Both the position numbers and the translations under genes were made by a program. From Nitrospirota bacterium (GTDB lineage: Bacteria > Nitrospirota > Thermodesulfovibrionia > Thermodesulfovibrionales > UBA9159), in assembly GCA_023475105.1 (NCBI GenBank), contig JAMCWJ010000096.1, forward strand, positions 1 through 38,840: a stretch of DNA of 38,840 bases, in the 5' to 3' direction. Below the pieces are notes generated by a model, which was given only the letters and a program-made list of their open reading frames with translations, had not been told where the DNA came from and ran no database searches. This document shows, in pieces, positions 38,721 through 38,840 of this stretch (position 1 is the first letter of the stretch; the number at the start of each line of letters is the position of its first letter).

Positions 38721-38839
38721 GTCAGGTCTTGTTCCGTGCATCTTCTGCTCTATTGATGCTCCTGCTTACAGTAGAATAATGGATATGCAGATAGTCGGCG
38801 ACCTCCCTCAGACTATACCCGTGCTCCACAACGGCCTTC
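38721..38839 (-). CDS. C-terminal fragment (39 aa) of an HTH-containing protein continuing beyond the window edge (sigma-70 region-4/LuxR/resolvase-like HTH)
   Basis: The open frame translates to ...KAVVEHGYSLREVADYLHIHYSTVSRSINRAEDARNKT*, with a helix-turn-helix pattern G.S..E.A..L.I...TV. It converges on the truncated GH1 gene. Confidence 0.3.
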
Positions 38840-38840
38840 T

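Noticed and set aside
38721-38839. Transposase or IS element at the window edge
   Set aside because: The HTH fragment is equally compatible with a sigma-factor region 4, LuxR-type or resolvase C-terminus. No inverted repeats or transposase catalytic motifs are visible in the ~120 nt available.
1-38839. CRISPR arrays, tRNA/rRNA genes
   Set aside because: No regularly spaced direct repeats and no tRNA-like T-loop/acceptor patterns were found in any ORF-free interval. All larger ORF-free gaps look like promoter or terminator regions.

Overview
The window reads as chromosomal DNA from a high-GC anaerobic bacterium; all functional calls are by eye from motifs, with no searches run. Left to right it holds: a secreted His-rich protein and an octaheme (8x CXXCH) HAO-family cytochrome c; a lower-GC, seven-gene tripartite efflux operon on the minus strand (TetR, TolC, HlyD, two ABC ATPases, two ABC-2 permeases) with a perfect palindromic operator in front of tetR; a NapH-like 4Fe-4S membrane protein; a diverged tandem duplication of about 3.5 kb carrying an HD-GYP phosphodiesterase gene plus a 735-aa HEAT-repeat protein gene, where the second HEAT copy is frameshifted and the duplication junction retains a scar made of Clp1-gene fragments; a bacterial Clp1-family P-loop kinase-like gene followed by an ABC exporter; a small ORF with terminator; an orphan receiver; a three-gene module of a hypothetical protein, a YdjI-like SPFH protein with three C-terminal zinc ribbons, and a protein with a duplicated zinc-ribbon domain; hisD-hisC; a GAF-type histidine kinase, M28 peptidase, IMPase, LysM L,D-transpeptidase, HAD hydrolase, a TPP enzyme of the acetolactate-synthase family, a PhoB/PhoR-like two-component pair, and a 3'-truncated GH1 beta-glucosidase gene abutting a convergent HTH-protein fragment at the window edge. 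No rRNA, tRNA or CRISPR was recognised. The candidate novel systems are the duplicated HD-GYP/HEAT signalling module, the Clp1-like kinase, and the SPFH/zinc-ribbon operon.
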